From the NCBI GenBank assembly GCA_902464175.1, contig CABQHZ010000001.1, forward strand, positions 1-59,440: a stretch of DNA of 59,440 nt. The letters are read 5' to 3'. Numbering within the stretch: position 1 is the stretch's first letter; each line of letters begins with the position of its first letter. Made by a program: the position numbers and the translations under genes. Of the stretch, positions 56,155 to 59,440 are shown one piece after another. Origin of the DNA: an uncultured Collinsella sp. GTDB lineage: Bacteria > Actinomycetota > Coriobacteriia > Coriobacteriales > Coriobacteriaceae. Below the pieces are notes generated by a model. That model ran no database searches, was not told where the DNA came from, and was given only the letters and a program-made list of their open reading frames with translations.

Positions 56155-57636
56155 CTATCGACCTCCCTTCGCGACCGCGTCATCACGCATAAGCTCGGCC
56201 AACGCCTCGCGATCGATACGCAGGGCATCGCCACCGACGGGGTCGAGTGAATCGCCCTGACCGACAAGCTCCTTGGCCTGTTTGCGCTCCGCGCGGGAGA
56301 GACCCCGCTCGCGGTACTTTTGCGAATGCGCCGTGTACATGTTGATGAACAGGATGACCAAGAAGCTAAAGACGATCACGACGACGACCCAAAAGAGCGC
56401 TACCGACGTATTGCCGCCCATCCACTCAAAGTAGATGGCGATGGGAATGGTCTGCGTAATGCCGGCATAGTTGCCCGCAAAGAACAGCGTGCAGCCAAAC
56501 TCTCCCATGGCGCGGGCAAAGGCGAGCACCGTACCGGCGGCAATCGAGGGCCAGCCGAGCGGCATCATAAGCTTGGTAAAGATGCGACGTTCGGACCACC
56601 CGAGCGTGCGCGCGGCGTCGAGCATCTGCGTGTCGAGGCTCTCGAAGGCTCCGAGCGCCGTGCGGTAGACCAGCGGAAACGACACAACGACGGCCGAAAT
56701 GACCGCCGCGGGCCAGGTAAAGACGATCGAGATGCCGTGCGCGATGAGCCACTGGCCCACCCCGGTCGAGCGGCCAAACAGCATGAGGAGCAGAAAGCCG
56801 CAGACCGTGGGCGGCAGCACCATGGGGATGGTAAAGACCGAATCGAGTAGGCCCTTCACGCGACTCGTGGTGCCCATGGTCTTCCATGCGGCAAGCAAGC
56901 CCAGCGCAAACGCGATCACGAGGGCAAGCCCGCTCGTTTTGATGGACACCCAAAACGGGCGGTAGTCGATACTGCCAAAAAACGTCGTGGCGCGCTCCGC
57001 CAGCGAAGGCGGCTCCGTCGTCGAGACATTCGCATACGGCACCATGGCGGCGTTATCGCTCCACAGGGCTCCGTCACCCAGATTGAGCCCGGCGTTTGCG
57101 GCATCCGCGGCGTTCACGACGGTGTAGTAGTCACCGTCGGCACCCTTCACTTTAAACTGGTAACGGTAATCGTCCTGTACCAACTCATTGTCCGAGGTAA
57201 ACACCCACTCGAGCTTGGAGTCCTCCAGCAGCGCGCCTCCCATGGAGTGGGACTTGTCGAGACCCGTGATCATCTTCTTGAGCGCCTTTTGGTCGGAGGC
57301 ATTTGCGATATCGAGGCCCGCTTCCTTGGCAGTATGTGCATCGACCCACACCACAATGCTCGTAGGCGTGGTCACCGTTACGAGCGACGTCTTTCTGTAG
57401 ATGGGAAAACGATAGCCCTCGGGCTGGTCGGCAAACGAGCGGGCCGTGCCCTTGGCGTTGCGCTCAAAGGCGTTGAGGCCAAAGTCGACGCCATCGATAA
57501 GCGCAGAGTCCTCTGTCGCTTGGCGTCCGTCGGCAGTGGCAAAAAGCGTCTCGGCCCGGGCAACCCCAGGCAGCGCCGTCAGTGCGCAGACAATCGCCGC
57601 CAGCGCAGCGAGCAGGCGAATCGTTTTCCTTGACAC
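56155..57636 (-). CDS. modB: Molybdate ABC permease with extra N-terminal exported domain
   Basis: C-terminal half has PMVLPPTVCGF, FPLVYR, AARTLG, FARAMGEFG, TQTIPIAIY. Start GTG 57636 (SD GAGGAG) gives a signal peptide ending VARA, then a ~200-aa hydrophilic domain. Confidence 0.88.
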   Translation of the reverse strand: MSRKTIRLLAALAAIVCALTALPGVARAETLFATADGRQATEDSALIDGVDFGLNAFERNAKGTARSFADQPEGYRFPIYRKTSLVTVTTPTSIVVWVDAHTAKEAGLDIANASDQKALKKMITGLDKSHSMGGALLEDSKLEWVFTSDNELVQDDYRYQFKVKGADGDYYTVVNAADAANAGLNLGDGALWSDNAAMVPYANVSTTEPPSLAERATTFFGSIDYRPFWVSIKTSGLALVIAFALGLLAAWKTMGTTSRVKGLLDSVFTIPMVLPPTVCGFLLLMLFGRSTGVGQWLIAHGISIVFTWPAAVISAVVVSFPLVYRTALGAFESLDTQMLDAARTLGWSERRIFTKLMMPLGWPSIAAGTVLAFARAMGEFGCTLFFAGNYAGITQTIPIAIYFEWMGGNTSVALFWVVVVIVFSFLVILFINMYTAHSQKYRERGLSRAERKQAKELVGQGDSLDPVGGDALRIDREALAELMRDDAVAKGGR

Positions 57637-57688
57637 GGGCGACTCCTCAAACAAAGGGTAACGACGCGCAGGCGCGCCGCTTCAATCT

Positions 57689-57722
57689 AAAAAGGGCGGG
57701 CGATCGCAAGAACGCCCGCCCT
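57689..57722 (-). terminator. Terminator-like hairpin between modA and modB
   Basis: Minus strand AGGGCGGGCG...CGCCCGCCC-TTTTT. Confidence 0.7.
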
Positions 57723-57753
57723 CAAGCATATCGTTATGCAGCGCTCTTCTGCA

Positions 57754-58629
57754 CTACTCGGAAAGCTCAAAGCCGTACTTAGCCCAAATCTTCTGCGCCT
57801 TCTTGTTAGACAGGCAGAAGTCGATGAACGCCTTGGCCTCGTCGGCATGCTCGGAGCTCTCGGCCACGGCACCCGGGTACACAATGGGCTTGTGCGAATC
57901 CTCGGGGCACACGAAGGCCTCCTCGATGCCGTCGTAGCGGTAGATGTCGGAGCTGTAGACAAAACCTGCCACGCAGTCGCCCGTGGACACGTAGGCGGCA
58001 GCGGTGCCGACCTTATCGGCCAGCGCGACCTTGTCGGCAATCTCGGGCGCGTACTCGCCGTCGTCGCCCTCGGTGCCGGTGTAGAGGCCGACGGAGGCCA
58101 ACGCCTGGTTGGCGTACTTGCCGGCCGGAACGGTCTTGGCGTCGCCGATGGCGATCTTGCCGTCCAGGCTCGCGACATCGGCGATGGCCTCGACCTTGGT
58201 GTCGGAGCCCTCGGCGCGAATGATCACGAGGTCGTTGACGAACATGTCCTCACGGGTGTCGGTGTCGACGAGCTCGGCAGTCTCGGCATCGTCCATGGTG
58301 CCCTTGGAAGCGGTGATGAGCACGTCGACGGCAGCGCCGGCCTTCATCTGCTCGACCAGGTCGCCAGAGGCCTTGAACTGCGTGTCGGCAAAGGTGGTGC
58401 CGGTCTGGTCGGTGTAGAGTTCCTGGACCTCGGGAAGGGCCTTCTCGAGCGAGTTGGCGGCGAAAATCTGCAGCTCGACGGCCTTCTTCTTAGAGGAGGA
58501 CTTGACAGAACCGGCGTCGGAACCAGCAGACTCGGACTCCTTGTTACCCGAGCAGCCGGCAAGGCCAAGGCCGGCGGCAGCAGCGGCAGAAAGCGAAACG
58601 AAACCGCGGCGAGAAACCATATCGAACAT
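57754..58629 (-). CDS. modA: Molybdate-binding lipoprotein (Tat-type signal)
   Basis: SRRGFV...LAGC; FAANSL, ASGDL, NDLV, VPAGKYA, GFVYSSD, IVYP, KYGF. Confidence 0.93.
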   Translation of the reverse strand: MFDMVSRRGFVSLSAAAAAGLGLAGCSGNKESESAGSDAGSVKSSSKKKAVELQIFAANSLEKALPEVQELYTDQTGTTFADTQFKASGDLVEQMKAGAAVDVLITASKGTMDDAETAELVDTDTREDMFVNDLVIIRAEGSDTKVEAIADVASLDGKIAIGDAKTVPAGKYANQALASVGLYTGTEGDDGEYAPEIADKVALADKVGTAAAYVSTGDCVAGFVYSSDIYRYDGIEEAFVCPEDSHKPIVYPGAVAESSEHADEAKAFIDFCLSNKKAQKIWAKYGFELSE

Positions 58630-58689
58630 ATTGAACCCTTTCGGACCTTGTGCCCGGGCACCCCACCGCGGGCTTTATTCTGTAATCAG

Positions 58690-58750
58690 ATTATACTTCA
58701 GCGCGAATAATGGCAGTGAGAAATTATTCTCGCATGAGAATATATTTTCA
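58690..58750 (-). promoter_or_regulatory. modA promoter: TATAAT -10 with two tandem 16-bp palindromes upstream
   Basis: -10 at 58690-58695; TGAGAA-ATTA-TTCTCG (58717-58732) and TGAGAA-TATA-TTTTCA (58735-58750). Confidence 0.55.
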
Positions 58751-58787
58751 GATTACGACACGCATCGACTTCACCTCGGCATCAAGC

Positions 58788-58821
58788 AAAAAGGCGGAGC
58801 AACCGTTCGGGTCACTCCGCC
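58788..58821 (-). terminator. Rho-independent terminator after mog
   Basis: Minus strand GGCGGAGTG...GCTCCGCC-TTTTT. Confidence 0.7.
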
Positions 58822-58834
58822 GCAGGTGAAACAC

Positions 58835-59314
58835 TTATTTGGTGTGTCCGCCGCCCGCCGTCATCTGTGCCGCGTGTTCCAGCTGGTCGGCAATCGCCTC
58901 CCAGCTTTCGCGGGCTGCCTTGGTGGATCCGGGAAAGTTTACGACAAGTGTATGACCGCGTTGCATGCACACGGCGCGCGACAGCATCGCGCGGCGCGTC
59001 TTGGTCATCGAGTACGCGCGAATCGCCTCGGCAATGCCCGGCACATCGCGGTCGCAGACGGCGCGCGTTGCCTCGGGCGTCACGTCGCGCATCGAAAGTC
59101 CCGTGCCGCCGCAGGTGAGCACGACATTGGCGTGGCACTCATCGGCGGCTTCCACAATGGCATCACCAATCTCGCTGACGTCGTCGCGCACAACCACATG
59201 TGAGGCGACCGTCCAGCTCTGCGCCTCGATAAGTTCCTCGAGTGCTGCTCCAGCCTCATCCTGAGCAAGATCGCGCGTGTCCGAGCAGGTCACGATCGAT
59301 ATCTTCAACTCCAT
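58835..59314 (-). CDS. mogA: Molybdopterin adenylyltransferase (MogA/MoaB family)
   Basis: VTCSD, TCGGTGLSMRDVTPEAT, PGIAEAIR, AMLSRA, NFPGS. Start ATG 59314 (SD AGGAGG). Confidence 0.9.
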   Translation of the reverse strand: MELKISIVTCSDTRDLAQDEAGAALEELIEAQSWTVASHVVVRDDVSEIGDAIVEAADECHANVVLTCGGTGLSMRDVTPEATRAVCDRDVPGIAEAIRAYSMTKTRRAMLSRAVCMQRGHTLVVNFPGSTKAARESWEAIADQLEHAAQMTAGGGHTK

Positions 59315-59324
59315 AGTCTTCCTC

Positions 59325-59440
59325 CTATAGCACCGTTTCCTCGGGCAGGTCGACGCGAACAACGTCCACGACATCGCCCGCCGCAAGCTCGCACGGACCT
59401 TCGTCAATACGCAGCAGGCAGTTGGCCCGCTGCATCGTGC
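59325..59440 (-). CDS. moeA: Molybdopterin molybdenumtransferase, C-terminal fragment (gene starts outside the window)
   Basis: ...TMQRANCLLRIDEGPCELAAGDVVDVVRVDLPEETVL* resembles the MoeA C-terminal domain; adjacent to mog. Confidence 0.7.
   Translation of the reverse strand, partial: TMQRANCLLRIDEGPCELAAGDVVDVVRVDLPEETVL

Noticed and set aside
58630..58834. Moco riboswitch upstream of modA
   Set aside because: The leader after the -10 box is short and I could not see the conserved Moco-motif segments. An Rfam scan would be decisive.

Overview
High-GC bacterial DNA, most likely a gut Coriobacteriia (Collinsella-like) genome. That assignment is inferred from GC content, the LAxTG sortase signal, Tat lipoproteins and gene content. 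Almost all genes lie on the minus strand and form a molybdenum/selenium/hydrogen metabolism neighbourhood. Reading in transcription direction (right to left): moeA (partial), mog and modABC; then a candidate selenium-acquisition operon (short leader ORF with an in-frame UGA, double-cubane reductase A, Opp/Nik-type ABC importer, double-cubane reductase B, its ATP-dependent activase, selenocysteine-containing selD, yedF, DUF3343, Sec-lyase/Cys-desulfurase); a 4285-aa sortase-anchored BspA-LRR/Ig-repeat surface protein; brnQ; tRNA-Pro and tRNA-Gly with a tRNA-derived repeat; a RelB-PIN toxin-antitoxin pair (plus strand); a complete formate hydrogenlyase-2 operon (hydN, Sec-containing fdhF, hyfA-J, hycI, focA); an orphan molybdopterin oxidoreductase followed by selA, selB, selC (atypical tRNA-Sec), mobA and a Cys-rich DUF3343; gdhA; and a xanthine-dehydrogenase-family pair. 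The ORF track splits or truncates both selenoprotein genes (fdhF, selD) and misses tRNA-Sec and the leader peptide. The best candidate for an undescribed system is the double-cubane/ABC/selD operon headed by a UGA-containing leader peptide in switchable RNA hairpins, a possible selenium-sensing attenuator. All functional calls come from motif recognition by eye; no database searches were run.
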